Of a DNA stretch of 64,000 nucleotides, positions 1-10,527 are shown piece after piece. Made by a program: the position numbers and the translations under genes. Source of the stretch: an uncultured Acidobacteriaceae bacterium (GTDB lineage: Bacteria > Acidobacteriota > Terriglobia > Terriglobales > Acidobacteriaceae); the NCBI GenBank assembly GCA_963846085.1, contig CAWJUN010000001.1, forward strand, positions 1,274,722 through 1,338,721, written 5' to 3'. Below the pieces are notes generated by a model that saw only the letters and a list, made by a program, of their open reading frames with translations, did no database searches and was not told the DNA's origin. The stretch's first letter is position 1. Every line of letters starts with the position of its first letter.

Positions 1-287
1 TATATCGATCCCCAAGGTATAAGCGCGGTCCCGGCAAACCTTTTGTTTTTCTAATCACTCGCGGCCCGTGGGTTGCTCCTGGCTCGGGGTGAGGCTTGCG
101 CTCAATATCGCTGCCACTAATGACTTGGACGATAACGGACGATGGACAGTTGAACGGAAAGAACGCGAGTGTCCGCCAACCACCGAGAAACGATTGCTTG
201 ACCGACCGCAAGAGACAGAGGGGGAGAGGCAGTGACGATTCATCCTTCTCGGCCAAGTGCGATTCCGCTTGGGAAAGGAAAGCAGTG

Positions 288-2702
288 ATGAACGAAAGCG
301 ACATCGTCAAAGATTTTCTCGTGGAGAGCTACGAAAACCTGGACCGGCTGGATCGGGACCTGGTCGGGCTGGAGAAAAACCCGCGGGACAAGGAAGCTTT
401 AGCGGGCGTGTTTCGTACGATTCATACGATCAAAGGCACCTGCGGGTTTCTCGCGTTTAATAAGCTCGAGAAGGTTGCGCATGTCGGCGAAAATCTGCTC
501 ACCCGGCTGCGCGACGGACAACTCGCCCTGAATCCGGAAATTACGACCGCGCTGTTGGGAATGGTAGACGCAGTGCGGCAGATGCTGAAAGAGATTGCCA
601 CGACTGGTCAGGACGGCGAGGTTGATTATCCGGAACTACGGGAGACCTTGACGCGGCTGCAAGGCGGTGCCGCGTCATTCCCGACACCAACTGCGGGCGA
701 AGGGGCTTCTGAGGCACCCAGAGTGGCAGACTCAGGGAGTCCCGCCGCGGGCGCCGCGGGAGAAGCGGTGGCGGTGCCGACCGTGGAGCGCAAATCCAGA
801 ACCAAGACGACACACAAAGCAGCCCATGCCGGGACGCTTAAACCAGCCGAAGACGCACCCGGCGCGGAGCAGTTGTCCACAATCCCTGGGAGCGAAATTC
901 AGCCGGCGCCATCCCGTGCAGCGACGGGCGCGAACAAGGGTCCGGTGACGGAATCGGAGTCCCGAAGCCGGGAAGCCATCGCGGAGACGATTCGCGTAGG
1001 CGTAAATGTGCTGGACAAAATGATGACGCTGGTTGGCGAACTGGTCCTGGCGCGCAATCAACTGCTGCAGATCTCCAACATCGTGGAAGACACGGGTCTG
1101 CAGGCGGTTTCACAGCGGATGAACCTGATCGCCACCGAATTACAAGAAGAAGTGATGAAGACCCGCATGCAACCGATCGGAAACATCTGGAACCAGTTTC
1201 CGCGGACGGTACGCGACGTAGCACTCGGCTGCGGGAAAGAAGTGGGCATCGAGATGGAAGGCAAGGAGACGGAACTCGACAAGACCATCATCGAGGCGAT
1301 TAAGGATCCGCTGACACATCTGGTGCGAAATTCCGTCGATCATGGGATCGAACTTCCGGCCGAGCGCGTGAAGGCGGGCAAAGACCGCGCGGGCCGACTG
1401 ATTCTGCGCGCCTTTCATGAAGGTGGCCAAGTCAATATCGAGATCAGCGACGACGGAGCGGGGCTGAACGTGGAACGCATCCGCAGAAAGGCGGTGGAAC
1501 GCGCGGTTGTCACGGCCGACCAGGCAGCGCGGATGACGGAGCGCGAAATCTTCAATCTGATTTTTCTTCCCGGATTTTCGACAGCAGAAAAAGTTACGAA
1601 CGTCTCCGGCCGGGGAGTTGGCATGGATGTGGTGAAGACGAATGTCGAAAGAATTGGCGGCAACGTGGACGTGCAATCCACGCCCGGGCGGGGCACGACG
1701 GTGCGGGTGAAGATTCCTTTGACCCTCGCCATCATTCCTGCGTTGGTCGTGACTTGCGCAGGCGATCGATATGCCATTCCGCAAGTAAGTCTGCTCGAAC
1801 TGGTTCGGCTGGAAGCAGATGAGGTGGCCAAAGGAATCGAGTTGGTGCACGGCGCTCCTGTCTATCGCCTGCGGGGGCGGCTGCTGCCCTTGGTTTACCT
1901 CAATCAGGAACTGAAACTGGAAAACAGCACGCGTGAGGTGGCGACGAGCGATGGCGTGGTCAACATCGTGGTGCTGCAGGCTGACGAGCGACAATTCGGG
2001 CTGGTGGTCGACCAGATTAACGATACCGAAGAAATCGTCGTGAAACCGTTGCGCAAGCAGCTCAAGACGGTCAAGACCTTCGCCGGATCGAGCATCATGG
2101 GCGACGGCCGAGTGGCGTTGATTCTTGACGTGCTTGGTCTGGCACAACGGGCGAGCGTGGTGACGGAAACACGGGACCGCTCGTTAACCGAAAAGGCCGC
2201 AGAGACGGCCGGAACAGAGGAAGGCAAGCAGACGTTCTTGCTCTTCGCCGGCCCGGGCGATTCGCGCATGGCCATCCCGCTGAGCACGCTGGCGCGCCTC
2301 GAGGAGTTTCCGGTAGCGCAGGTGGAGATGTCGGGCAGCCAGTGGGTCACGCAGTACCGGGGACAGATCCTGCCACTGATTCGCCTGACGATTGCGCTCG
2401 AAGAGCGGCGCAACCGGTTGCGCGCGCTGCAGGCGCCTCCTGCGGCGGATAGCGGACCGATTCAAGCGCTCGTCCTGAATCACGAGGGGCGGTCGTTTGG
2501 CCTCGTGGTCGATCGCATTCTGGACATTATCGAGGATCGCGCGGACGTTAAGTCGGCGGCAACACGGGCAAATGTTCTCTATTCCGTAGTGATCGGAGAG
2601 CGGGTCACTGAACTGCTCGATATCCCGGCAATTCTGCGGAACGCTGACATAAACACAACGCGACCGGCTCTGGCGGCACGGTCGGCGGAGGTTGCGAATT
2701 AG
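288..2702 (+). CDS. cheA: Chemotaxis histidine kinase CheA (Hpt, long low-complexity linker, dimerisation, HATPase, two CheW-like domains)
   Basis: ORF 96-2702. The internal ATG at 288 gives MNESDIVKDFLVESYENL, a typical CheA N-terminus. Hpt site FRTIHTIKGT. ATP-binding boxes DPLTHLVRNSVDHG, SDDGAGL, GRGVGMDVV. Two consecutive CheW-like segments at the C-terminus. cheW starts 3 nt after the stop. Confidence 0.93.
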   Translation: MNESDIVKDFLVESYENLDRLDRDLVGLEKNPRDKEALAGVFRTIHTIKGTCGFLAFNKLEKVAHVGENLLTRLRDGQLALNPEITTALLGMVDAVRQMLKEIATTGQDGEVDYPELRETLTRLQGGAASFPTPTAGEGASEAPRVADSGSPAAGAAGEAVAVPTVERKSRTKTTHKAAHAGTLKPAEDAPGAEQLSTIPGSEIQPAPSRAATGANKGPVTESESRSREAIAETIRVGVNVLDKMMTLVGELVLARNQLLQISNIVEDTGLQAVSQRMNLIATELQEEVMKTRMQPIGNIWNQFPRTVRDVALGCGKEVGIEMEGKETELDKTIIEAIKDPLTHLVRNSVDHGIELPAERVKAGKDRAGRLILRAFHEGGQVNIEISDDGAGLNVERIRRKAVERAVVTADQAARMTEREIFNLIFLPGFSTAEKVTNVSGRGVGMDVVKTNVERIGGNVDVQSTPGRGTTVRVKIPLTLAIIPALVVTCAGDRYAIPQVSLLELVRLEADEVAKGIELVHGAPVYRLRGRLLPLVYLNQELKLENSTREVATSDGVVNIVVLQADERQFGLVVDQINDTEEIVVKPLRKQLKTVKTFAGSSIMGDGRVALILDVLGLAQRASVVTETRDRSLTEKAAETAGTEEGKQTFLLFAGPGDSRMAIPLSTLARLEEFPVAQVEMSGSQWVTQYRGQILPLIRLTIALEERRNRLRALQAPPAADSGPIQALVLNHEGRSFGLVVDRILDIIEDRADVKSAATRANVLYSVVIGERVTELLDIPAILRNADINTTRPALAARSAEVAN

Positions 2703-2705
2703 ACT

Positions 2706-3161
2706 ATGGCCCACACTTCCCAGTTCTGCACATTCTATCTGGACAAACTGCTCTTCGGGGTGGAATTGAAAGGCGTTCAGGAGGTCATCCGGTCGCTCGA
2801 GATGACGAAGGTTCCGCTGGCTCCGTCAGTGGTGAGCGGGCTGATTAACCTGCGGGGGCAGATCGTCACCGCCGTCGATCTGCGGCGGCGTCTGGCTCTC
2901 GATCCAAGGGCCGAGGGTAGCTTGGCCATGAACGTGGTAGTGCGCTCCGAGGATGGCGCGGTGAGTCTGCTGGTCGACGAAATTGGCGACGTGGTCGAAG
3001 TCGATGAAGACAGCTTCGAATCCCCGCCAGAAACTTTGCGCGGATCGGTGCGCAGCATGATCCTCGGCGTCCACAAACTGAAAGACCGCCTCCTGCATGT
3101 GCTGGATATCGAAAAAGCTTGTCAGATGTCGGATGTGGCGGAATCGGCGATCGGCCGATAG
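2706..3161 (+). CDS. cheW: Chemotaxis coupling protein CheW
   Basis: 151-aa ORF directly after cheA. Single CheW-like domain ([21 protein letters not shown]...[15 protein letters not shown]...[12 protein letters not shown]). Confidence 0.9.
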   Translation: MAHTSQFCTFYLDKLLFGVELKGVQEVIRSLEMTKVPLAPSVVSGLINLRGQIVTAVDLRRRLALDPRAEGSLAMNVVVRSEDGAVSLLVDEIGDVVEVDEDSFESPPETLRGSVRSMILGVHKLKDRLLHVLDIEKACQMSDVAESAIGR

Positions 3162-3241
3162 CCGTAAGCCACAACCCGCTCGCCGCGCCCCTTCACGTAA
3201 TTAAGTTGAGTGCCAACAATTTGAAGTATGGAGAAAAGAAA

Positions 3242-4900
3242 ATGAAGTTCACGCTTGGGAAGAAACTGGGATTCGGTTTTGGATCGATTCTAGCGCTGAT
3301 GCTGGCAAGCGGCACCGCCTCGCTGCTCAAGATTCATGAGATTAGCAACCTGCAGGATTTCCTGCTCAACGTCCGTGTCCCGACTCTCGGCGCCGGCCGC
3401 TCGTTGCAGCGCGACCTCTTTTTGTCTGGCAATAAGGCCCGGCAAACTATTCTAGCCGCACACCAACCCGCCAGAGCTGAGGATGCCAAGGCTCGTTTCG
3501 AGGCCGCATGGGCCGCCGCAGATAAAGACCTGGCCAAGCTGACGGAACTCTCGCCGCATTGGGTGGTGCAAGCCAATCGTGATGTCCTGACTTCCATGAA
3601 GGAAGGCTCGGTGAAGTTTCGCACCCTGCAGGAGCAAGCGCTGCAAATGGCGGCCAGCGGAAGTTCGGATGCCGTCGAAAAAGCAGGAAACTTCTATGCC
3701 GATACTGCGACTCCTACGGGCGACGATGTGGCAAAAAGCGCGGCGGAATTAGTCACCTCCTATGAACAACTCAACGAGAAGAGCAAAGAGGACCTCGAGT
3801 CCGCCAGTCGCTCGCTCATATGGACACTTTCCCTCGCCACACTCGCTTCCATTGGGATCGGCGTATTTGTCGCGATTTTTCTGGCGCGAAGTATCGCCTC
3901 CTCGACCGCAGCCGTCCTCGGACAGGCGGAAGCCATCGCGGCCGGCGATCTGACGCGCGACGATCTCGAGGTCCGCAGCCGCGACGAACTGGGAGACCTC
4001 ATGATCGCGATCAACAAGATGAGTGGCAGCCTCAAAACAATGATCGTCTCGATTCGCGCCAATGCCATGCAGGTAGCCAGTGCCAGCGAAGAACTGAACT
4101 CGACCAGCCAGCAGATTACCGCGAACTCCGAGGAAACTTCCGCCCAGGCCGATGTTGTTTCAAAGGCCGCCCAGACCGTCAGCCAGAATCTGCAAACCGT
4201 TGCCACTGGCGCGGAAGAGATGGGCGCCAGCATCAAGGAGATCGCCAAAAACGCGACCGAAGCCGCCAAAGTCGCAACCGGCGCCGTCAAGGTCGCCGAA
4301 ACCACCACCTCAACCGTCTCCAAACTAGGCGACTCTTCCACCGAAATCGGTCAAGTCATCAAGGTCATTACCTCCATCGCCCAGCAAACCAACTTGCTCG
4401 CGCTGAACGCCACCATCGAAGCCGCTCGCGCGGGAGAAGCCGGCAAAGGCTTTGCCGTGGTTGCCAACGAAGTCAAGGAACTGGCCAAAGAGACGGCAAA
4501 AGCGACCGAGGACATCAGTCGCAAGATCGAAGCCATCCAGACCGACACCAAAGCGGCAGTGGATGCAATCGCGTCCATCTCTGGCGTGATCAACCAGATC
4601 AACGACATCTCAGGCACGATCGCGACCGCAGTCGAAGAGCAGAACGCGACCACCAACGAGATGTCGCGCAACGTGAGCGAAGCAGCACAGGGCAGCGGCG
4701 AGATCACGAACAACATCGCAGGCGTGGCCGAGGCCGCGCAAGGCACGACCCGCGGCGCCACCGACACGCAAAAGGCCTCGCAGCAACTGGTCGAGACCTC
4801 GAACGAACTGCGCCACCTGGTCGAGCAGTTCAAAGTCGACGAAGGCGCAAATGACGGGACGCTGGCCACGCGAAGCATGGCGGCTCGCGCTGGGAGATGA
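3242..4900 (+). CDS. Methyl-accepting chemotaxis protein, helical-bundle-type periplasmic sensor + HAMP + signalling domain
   Basis: ORF 3119-4900. ATG at 3242 is preceded by GGAGAAAAG and gives [21 protein letters not shown] (TM1). A second TM is followed by a HAMP-like segment and the conserved MCP hairpin region ([31 protein letters not shown]). Confidence 0.9.
   Translation: MKFTLGKKLGFGFGSILALMLASGTASLLKIHEISNLQDFLLNVRVPTLGAGRSLQRDLFLSGNKARQTILAAHQPARAEDAKARFEAAWAAADKDLAKLTELSPHWVVQANRDVLTSMKEGSVKFRTLQEQALQMAASGSSDAVEKAGNFYADTATPTGDDVAKSAAELVTSYEQLNEKSKEDLESASRSLIWTLSLATLASIGIGVFVAIFLARSIASSTAAVLGQAEAIAAGDLTRDDLEVRSRDELGDLMIAINKMSGSLKTMIVSIRANAMQVASASEELNSTSQQITANSEETSAQADVVSKAAQTVSQNLQTVATGAEEMGASIKEIAKNATEAAKVATGAVKVAETTTSTVSKLGDSSTEIGQVIKVITSIAQQTNLLALNATIEAARAGEAGKGFAVVANEVKELAKETAKATEDISRKIEAIQTDTKAAVDAIASISGVINQINDISGTIATAVEEQNATTNEMSRNVSEAAQGSGEITNNIAGVAEAAQGTTRGATDTQKASQQLVETSNELRHLVEQFKVDEGANDGTLATRSMAARAGR
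4109..4737 (+). repeat. Paralogous MCP signalling-domain block, copy 1 of 3
   Basis: From [13 protein letters not shown] to [16 protein letters not shown]. Near-identical at protein level to 5815-6444 and highly similar to 7598-8227. Nucleotide differences are mostly at third codon positions. Confidence 0.85.
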
Positions 4901-6609
4901 AGGGGAACAAAATGCTAACGCATATGCGCCTCACAGCGAAGATTGTTGCGACGATCGTGATCACGTTAATGGTGACCTCCGCGATCAGTTTCTGGATAAC
5001 GCAGCGTCGCGTAAACCAGCAGGCGGAAGAGGCGTTCCGCGACAAGATTCGCCAGATTACGGGCATGGCGAACACGACCCGCGCGTGGTTCTCGCAAAAC
5101 ATCGATGTGCTCGTCCCGGGCCAGGAATTCAAGCACCTGGAGCAGGTGCCGGTCGTCGTCTCCTGGAGTGTCGCCCAGAAATATGCCGAGTCGCAGGACA
5201 TGACCTTCCACACGCCGTCGCTGACGCCGCGCGATCAGAAGAACCAGCCCGACGATTTCGAACGGCGCGCGCTTGAGAACTTCCAAAAAGATCCAGCGTT
5301 GAAGGAATATTCCGAGCGCAAGGTTGAGAACGAGAATGACGTCATGCGCTATGCGCAACCGGTGCGGCTGACGTCAGACTGCCTGTTGTGTCATGGAGAC
5401 CCAGCGGGAACGAAAGATCCTTTTGGCTATACCAAGGAGGGGATGAAAGCGGGAGACCTGCGTGGCGCTTTTTCGGTCAAGGCATCGACGGAGTCCCTGG
5501 TCGAAAACTCGCGTGCCAATTCCCTTGCGATTTTTCTCATCAGCTTGCTGACCCTGCTGACGGCCGCGGGCGCGATGTTTGCGCTTGTTCGCAAACTGGT
5601 GGTGAAACCCTTGTCCTCCGCAGTAACACTGGCGAACGCAATTGCGAGCAACAACCTCGCGGTGGACGATTTGCCGATCGAGAGCGAAGACGAAATCGGC
5701 GAGACAACGGCGGCGTTGAATGTGATGAAAAACAACTTGCGTAACACAGTCCACGCGATTGCCGAGACGGCGGCAAGCGTCGCGCACGCAAGCGAAGATC
5801 TGACCACGACCAGCCACCAGATCTCCGCCAACTCGGCCGAGACTTCAGCGCAGGCTGATGTGGTTTCAAGGTCAGCGCAGGCCGTCAGCCAGAATCTTCA
5901 AACGGTCGCCACCGGCGCCGAAGAGATGGGCGCCAGCATCAAGGAGATCGCCAAGAACGCTACCGAAGCCGCCAAGGTCGCGACAGGCGCGGTCAAGGTC
6001 GCAGAAGACACGACTGCCACCGTGACGAAACTCGGCGACTCTTCGACAGAAATCGGACAGGTCATCAAGGTCATCACCTCAATCGCGCAACAAACCAACC
6101 TGCTCGCTCTGAACGCTACCATCGAGGCCGCCCGCGCCGGCGAAGCCGGCAAGGGCTTTGCCGTCGTCGCTAACGAAGTCAAGGAACTCGCCAAGGAAAC
6201 CGCGAAAGCGACTGAAGATATCAGCCGCAAGATCGAGGCCATCCAGACCGACACAAAAGGAGCGGTCGATGCAATCGCGTCCATTTCAGGAGTGATCCAC
6301 CAGATCAACGACATTTCAGGCACGATCGCAACGGCGGTCGAGGAGCAGAACGCGACGACGAACGAGATGTCGCGCAACGTGAGCGAAGCGGCACAGGGCA
6401 GCGGTGAAATTACCAGCAACATTTCCGGAGTGGCGGAAGCGGCTTCGAGCACCTCGCAAGGCGCCAACGACACACAGAGAGAGGCACAAGAACTGGTGCA
6501 GTTGTCGACCAAACTTAGCCATCTCGTCGAACAGTTCAAGATCGAAAAAGGAAGCTCACTGAACGCGGGGGTGGTAAAAGCGCGAGCGAAGGCGAATGCC
6601 GGATCGTAG
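4897..6609 (+). CDS. Methyl-accepting chemotaxis protein with periplasmic CXXCH (c-type heme, Tll0287/DUF3365-like) sensor domain
   Basis: ATG at 4897 overlaps the stop of the previous MCP (ATGA). TM1 and TM2 flank a ~175-aa domain containing CLLCH (5380-5394) in the context [23 protein letters not shown] plus an MCP signalling domain nearly identical to that of the upstream MCP. Confidence 0.9.
   Translation: MKGNKMLTHMRLTAKIVATIVITLMVTSAISFWITQRRVNQQAEEAFRDKIRQITGMANTTRAWFSQNIDVLVPGQEFKHLEQVPVVVSWSVAQKYAESQDMTFHTPSLTPRDQKNQPDDFERRALENFQKDPALKEYSERKVENENDVMRYAQPVRLTSDCLLCHGDPAGTKDPFGYTKEGMKAGDLRGAFSVKASTESLVENSRANSLAIFLISLLTLLTAAGAMFALVRKLVVKPLSSAVTLANAIASNNLAVDDLPIESEDEIGETTAALNVMKNNLRNTVHAIAETAASVAHASEDLTTTSHQISANSAETSAQADVVSRSAQAVSQNLQTVATGAEEMGASIKEIAKNATEAAKVATGAVKVAEDTTATVTKLGDSSTEIGQVIKVITSIAQQTNLLALNATIEAARAGEAGKGFAVVANEVKELAKETAKATEDISRKIEAIQTDTKGAVDAIASISGVIHQINDISGTIATAVEEQNATTNEMSRNVSEAAQGSGEITSNISGVAEAASSTSQGANDTQREAQELVQLSTKLSHLVEQFKIEKGSSLNAGVVKARAKANAGS
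5815..6444 (+). repeat. Paralogous MCP signalling-domain block, copy 2 of 3
   Basis: From [13 protein letters not shown] to [16 protein letters not shown]. See copy 1. Confidence 0.85.
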
Positions 6610-6754
6610 GACGACGCCCTGGCGAGTTCTTCTTTCTGCGGCCAGTAGCTTGTACGACGATTCCCGCGGCGGCCGATCGAACGGAGAGTACTCACGGAAA
6701 GGCAATTCAGGTCGAAGGTTTACGTAGGTAGTGATGGGTCCGACAGCAACGCTT

Positions 6755-8401
6755 ATGAATCTCAAAACCAAGTTCTGGATCATGACCGGCCTCGCCGCGG
6801 CGGGACTACTTACGGTGGCGGTTTTTTGGCTCGAGAGCCAGCACTCGGCGCTTTTGGCGGGAAAACTACAGAAGACGGAAAGCCTGGTCGAGATTCCCTA
6901 TTCGATCATGGACGCCGAGTACCAACTCGAAACGAATGGCAAGATCTCCCGTGCCGAAGCGCAGCAACGGACGATTGAAGCGATTCGCACCCTGCGTTAC
7001 GAAGGGACCAACTACTTCTGGATCAACGACGGGCATCCTACGATGATCATGCATCCGGTGAAGCCCGAACTGAACGGAAGCGACCTGAGTTCCTTCAAAG
7101 ATTCTTCAGGCAAGGCCGTGTTCATGGAATTTGTCAAAGCGGCGCAGGCCCCGGATGGGGGGTTTGTCTATTATTCATGGCCAAAACCGGGCCGATCGGC
7201 GCCGGTCGCGAAGGTTTCCTATGTCCGGAATTTTGCGCCGTGGGGCTGGATCATCGGAACCGGAATCTATATCGATGAAGTAAATCGTGCCTGGTGGGAC
7301 AGCGCGCTGACGGCGATCGTGATTGCCTTGCTCTGTCTTTTGCCACTCGCCATCCTGTCGGTGACGACCTCACGCTCAATCTTTCTTCGCCTGCGCGACA
7401 TGATTGAGCGGTTTCAGGATGTGGCGGAGGGCGAGGGTGACCTCACGAAGCGGATTCCTATCACGGCGCAAGATGAAATCGGAGAATTGGGGCGCTGGTT
7501 CAACGTCTTTCTGGACAAGTTGCAGTCCATGATCAAAGCCGTAGCCGTGGCCACCGAGCAGGTGAGCGGAGCGAGCGGCGAGGTTTCCGGCAGCAGCCAG
7601 AAAATTTCCGCCAATTCGCAGCAGACTTCCGAGCGGGCTAACCTGGTGGCCGCAACTACGGAGCGGGTACGCGAGCATCTGCAGACCGTCGCTACCGGCG
7701 CCGAAGAGATGGGCACGAGCATTAAAGAGATTGCGAAAAACGCAACCGAGGCGGCGCGGGTGGCAACTTCAGCAGTGAAGGTCGCAGAATCAACCAATGC
7801 TACGGTTGCGAAACTGGGCGAGTCTTCCGCCGAAATCGGGCAGGTTATCAAGGTCATTACCTCGATCGCCGAGCAAACCAACCTCCTTGCCCTGAATGCC
7901 ACCATCGAAGCGGCTCGCGCGGGTGAGGCTGGCAAAGGCTTTGCCGTGGTCGCGAACGAAGTGAAGGAACTGGCCAAGGAGACGGCAAAAGCCACCGAAG
8001 ACATCAGCCACAAAATCGAAACCATTCAAGGCGACACCCGGGCGGCGGTTGATGCCATCGCCTCCATCAGCCAAGTCATTAATCAGATTCACGACATTTC
8101 GAACACCATCGCAACCGCAGTTGAAGAACAGAATGCGACGACCAACGAAATGTCGCGCAACGTCAACGAGGCGGCTTCCGGAAGTGGCGAGATTACGAGC
8201 AACATTGGCGGGGTATCGGCTGCGGCGGAGAGCACTTCGCGGGAAGCCTCAGGCACAAGAAAAATGGCGCAGCAACTGGTCGAGATGTCAGGGACGCTGC
8301 GCGAACTGGTGGGACAGTTCAAGATCGAACGCGGGGAGTATGACCGGGACCCTGCTGTAGATGCGCCACGATTTCGGAGCAGGGCCGCTCATGCCGGCTA
8401 A
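6755..8401 (+). CDS. Methyl-accepting chemotaxis protein with single-Cache (sCache_2-like) periplasmic sensor
   Basis: ORF 6731-8401. ATG at 6755 gives [19 protein letters not shown] (TM1). Cache-like signature [26 protein letters not shown]...[12 protein letters not shown]...[18 protein letters not shown] plus the conserved signalling domain. Confidence 0.88.
   Translation: MNLKTKFWIMTGLAAAGLLTVAVFWLESQHSALLAGKLQKTESLVEIPYSIMDAEYQLETNGKISRAEAQQRTIEAIRTLRYEGTNYFWINDGHPTMIMHPVKPELNGSDLSSFKDSSGKAVFMEFVKAAQAPDGGFVYYSWPKPGRSAPVAKVSYVRNFAPWGWIIGTGIYIDEVNRAWWDSALTAIVIALLCLLPLAILSVTTSRSIFLRLRDMIERFQDVAEGEGDLTKRIPITAQDEIGELGRWFNVFLDKLQSMIKAVAVATEQVSGASGEVSGSSQKISANSQQTSERANLVAATTERVREHLQTVATGAEEMGTSIKEIAKNATEAARVATSAVKVAESTNATVAKLGESSAEIGQVIKVITSIAEQTNLLALNATIEAARAGEAGKGFAVVANEVKELAKETAKATEDISHKIETIQGDTRAAVDAIASISQVINQIHDISNTIATAVEEQNATTNEMSRNVNEAASGSGEITSNIGGVSAAAESTSREASGTRKMAQQLVEMSGTLRELVGQFKIERGEYDRDPAVDAPRFRSRAAHAG
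7598..8227 (+). repeat. Paralogous MCP signalling-domain block, copy 3 of 3 (more diverged)
   Basis: From [13 protein letters not shown] to [16 protein letters not shown]. Same core [34 protein letters not shown]...[42 protein letters not shown]. Confidence 0.8.
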
Positions 8402-8509
8402 TCGGATGGGACATGCACAGAAGTTTCCGCGCTCGATCGCGGAACGGGCGGTTCGCTGCGTTGCGTTTCTGTATGGCGGCGATCGCCAATGCCCGACACA
8501 GGTTCGCTT

Positions 8510-9622
8510 ATGAATCCCATTCGTATTCTCGTCGTGGACGACTCGGTCGTAATCCGGAAACTGCTCGCCGAGACTTTGTCCGGGGACACGGCGCTGCAGG
8601 TGGTGGGGGTGGCGGGCGACGGGCGTATTGCGCTCGCGAAGATTCCACTGCTCAAGCCCGACCTCATCACGCTGGACATCGAGATGCCGGTGATGAACGG
8701 GTTGGAGACTCTGGCCGCCGTGCGAAAGCTGTATCCTCGGCTGCCAATTATCATGTTCAGCACGCTGACCGAGCGCGGAGCGGCAGCGACTCTTGATGCA
8801 CTCGCACTGGGGGCTTCTGACTATGTTACAAAGCCGAGCAATACCGGAAGCGCGGCAGTAGCAGCGGAACGTATCCGTTCTGAACTTTTGCCGAAGATCA
8901 AAGCTCTTTGTGGAGCAGCGACACTGAAACTCCAGCCGTTGCCGGGCTCCCGTCCGGCGATGGCGATTCGACCCCGGTTGAATTCCCGAATCGAAATTGT
9001 GGCCATCGGCACTTCGACCGGAGGACCGAACGCGTTGGCGGAGGTTTTGCCGAGCATTCCGCGTGACTTTCCTGTTCCGATTGTGGTGGTACAGCACATG
9101 CCGCCGATCTTTACCCGCCTGTTGGCGGAGCGACTCGCGAGTCGATCGGCAATTGGTGTCGAAGAGGGGAGTGCGGGCGCAGTTCTTTCAGGAGGCCATG
9201 CTTGGATCGCGCCGGGGAACTTCCACATGACAGTAATCCGCACGGAAACAGGCGGGCGACTCAATCTGAACCAAGGTGCACCTGAGAACTCCTGCCGCCC
9301 CGCGGTCGATGTACTGCTTCGCTCGGCAGCGGCGACCTACGGCAACCACGTTCTCGGAGTGGTGATGACGGGTATGGGTTCGGATGGCGTGCTCGGAGCG
9401 CGCGACGTGCGCAACGCCGGCGGAAACGTGATCATCCAGGATGAAGCCAGCTCTGTGGTATGGGGCATGCCGGGCCTGGTTCACGCCTCGGGACTGGCGG
9501 ACGGCTCCTATCCTCTCTCGCAGCTCGGGGCGGAGATCACACGGCGCGTTCTGCAAAGCCGCAATTCGCAAGCCATGCTCGCCTCGAAAGGCGATTCCAC
9601 AATGGAGCCTCGCGTCCTATGA
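8510..9622 (+). CDS. cheB: Chemotaxis response regulator protein-glutamate methylesterase CheB
   Basis: ORF 8489-9622. ATG at 8510 gives MNPIRILVVDDS (receiver domain, DIEMPVMNG). Methylesterase motifs GTSTGGP, VQHMPP.FT, GMGSDG. Confidence 0.92.
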   Translation: MNPIRILVVDDSVVIRKLLAETLSGDTALQVVGVAGDGRIALAKIPLLKPDLITLDIEMPVMNGLETLAAVRKLYPRLPIIMFSTLTERGAAATLDALALGASDYVTKPSNTGSAAVAAERIRSELLPKIKALCGAATLKLQPLPGSRPAMAIRPRLNSRIEIVAIGTSTGGPNALAEVLPSIPRDFPVPIVVVQHMPPIFTRLLAERLASRSAIGVEEGSAGAVLSGGHAWIAPGNFHMTVIRTETGGRLNLNQGAPENSCRPAVDVLLRSAAATYGNHVLGVVMTGMGSDGVLGARDVRNAGGNVIIQDEASSVVWGMPGLVHASGLADGSYPLSQLGAEITRRVLQSRNSQAMLASKGDSTMEPRVL

Positions 9623-10527
9623 CGATTGCCCCGAAACTTGTTGCCGCGGCCCCGCTTGCTGGCAAGTTCAGCGAAGACGGTCACGCGGTGTACCGGCAGA
9701 TCCGCGACTTGATCTATAAGGTCTCCGGGATCTACAAGGCAGAAGACAAACTCTACCTGCTCGCCGATGGCTGTGGGAGACGGATGAAGCACTTGGGAAA
9801 CTGCGCCTTGCGCGAGTACTGGGACCGGTTGACGGCGGCACCCTTTCGCGACGCAGAACTGCGCGAATTGCTGAACGAGATCACGATTGGCGAAACCTGC
9901 CTGTTCCGCAGCCAGCCTCAACTAGACGCGTTGCGGAAAGTGATTCTGCCGGAGATTGTGGGAGAGAAAACCAAGCAGATCACGAAACGCCTCCGCATAT
10001 GGAGCGCGGGCTGCTCAACCGGCGAAGAGTCATACACCCTCGCCATGAACATGCTTGAAGAAAGCGAACGTTTGTTGAAGGGCTGGAAGGTGGAGATTCT
10101 CGCAACTGACCTAAACGATCGCTCGGTCGAGGCGGCGAAGACCGGCATTTACGGGGATTATGCACTGCGCTCCACGACCGATTACTACAAGCGCAAATAT
10201 TTCTCGACCGTCGATGGCAAGAAACTGGAAGTGCGCCCGGAAGTAAAAAAGCTGATCACGTTCAGCCGGCTGAACCTGCAGGACGATTCGAAGATGCTGT
10301 TCATGAAGGGCATGGACCTGATCTTCTGTTGCAACGTGCTGATCTATTTTGACGCGACTTCGAAGATAAAAGTCATCAATCATTTCTTCGCCAACCTCAA
10401 TTTCGGCGGCTATTTCTTTCTCGGGACATCGGAATCTCTCATGAATCTGACGGACAAGTTTCACCTGGTACATTTTCCCGGCAGCATAGCTTATTGGAAG
10501 CCGTCTCTCAGCAGCGGAAAACTATGA
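9619..10527 (+). CDS. cheR: Chemotaxis protein methyltransferase CheR
   Basis: ATG at 9619 overlaps the cheB stop (ATGA). SAM-binding region RIWSAGCSTGEESYTLAM. CheR-type N-terminal helical domain. Confidence 0.9.
   Translation: MTIAPKLVAAAPLAGKFSEDGHAVYRQIRDLIYKVSGIYKAEDKLYLLADGCGRRMKHLGNCALREYWDRLTAAPFRDAELRELLNEITIGETCLFRSQPQLDALRKVILPEIVGEKTKQITKRLRIWSAGCSTGEESYTLAMNMLEESERLLKGWKVEILATDLNDRSVEAAKTGIYGDYALRSTTDYYKRKYFSTVDGKKLEVRPEVKKLITFSRLNLQDDSKMLFMKGMDLIFCCNVLIYFDATSKIKVINHFFANLNFGGYFFLGTSESLMNLTDKFHLVHFPGSIAYWKPSLSSGKL

Noticed and set aside
32-46. CGGCAAACCTTTTGT upstream of cheA, and TGGCACCAAACTAAC at 48315-48329, as possible sigma-54 (-24 GG / -12 GC) promoters
   Set aside because: Both lack the conserved -12 TTGC element at the correct spacing (GT and AA instead of GC). 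That is too weak to call.
96-287. N-terminal extensions of many tracked ORFs (for example 96-287 cheA, 3119-3241 mcp1, 9460-9618 cheR, 42721-43062, 55925-56182 zwf, 57610-57723 glk, 62731-62916)
   Set aside because: The extensions overlap the upstream gene or have non-coding-like Arg/Ser/Pro-rich composition. Internal ATGs give family-typical N-termini, often with an RBS or an ATGA overlap to the preceding stop.
1140-2147. 335-aa ORF antisense to cheA
   Set aside because: Shadow ORF opposite the well-supported CheA kinase core. Low-information Arg/His/Asp-rich translation.
3820-4854. 344-aa Arg-rich ORF in an alternative + frame of the first MCP
   Set aside because: This is an out-of-frame reading of the GC-rich MCP signalling domain (RRRGR-type composition). 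The MCP frame carries the conserved motifs.
3242-8401. Three ~630-nt similar blocks that could be mistaken for a repeat array or mobile DNA
   Set aside because: They are the in-frame signalling domains of three MCP paralogues. There are no spacers, terminal inverted repeats or transposase.
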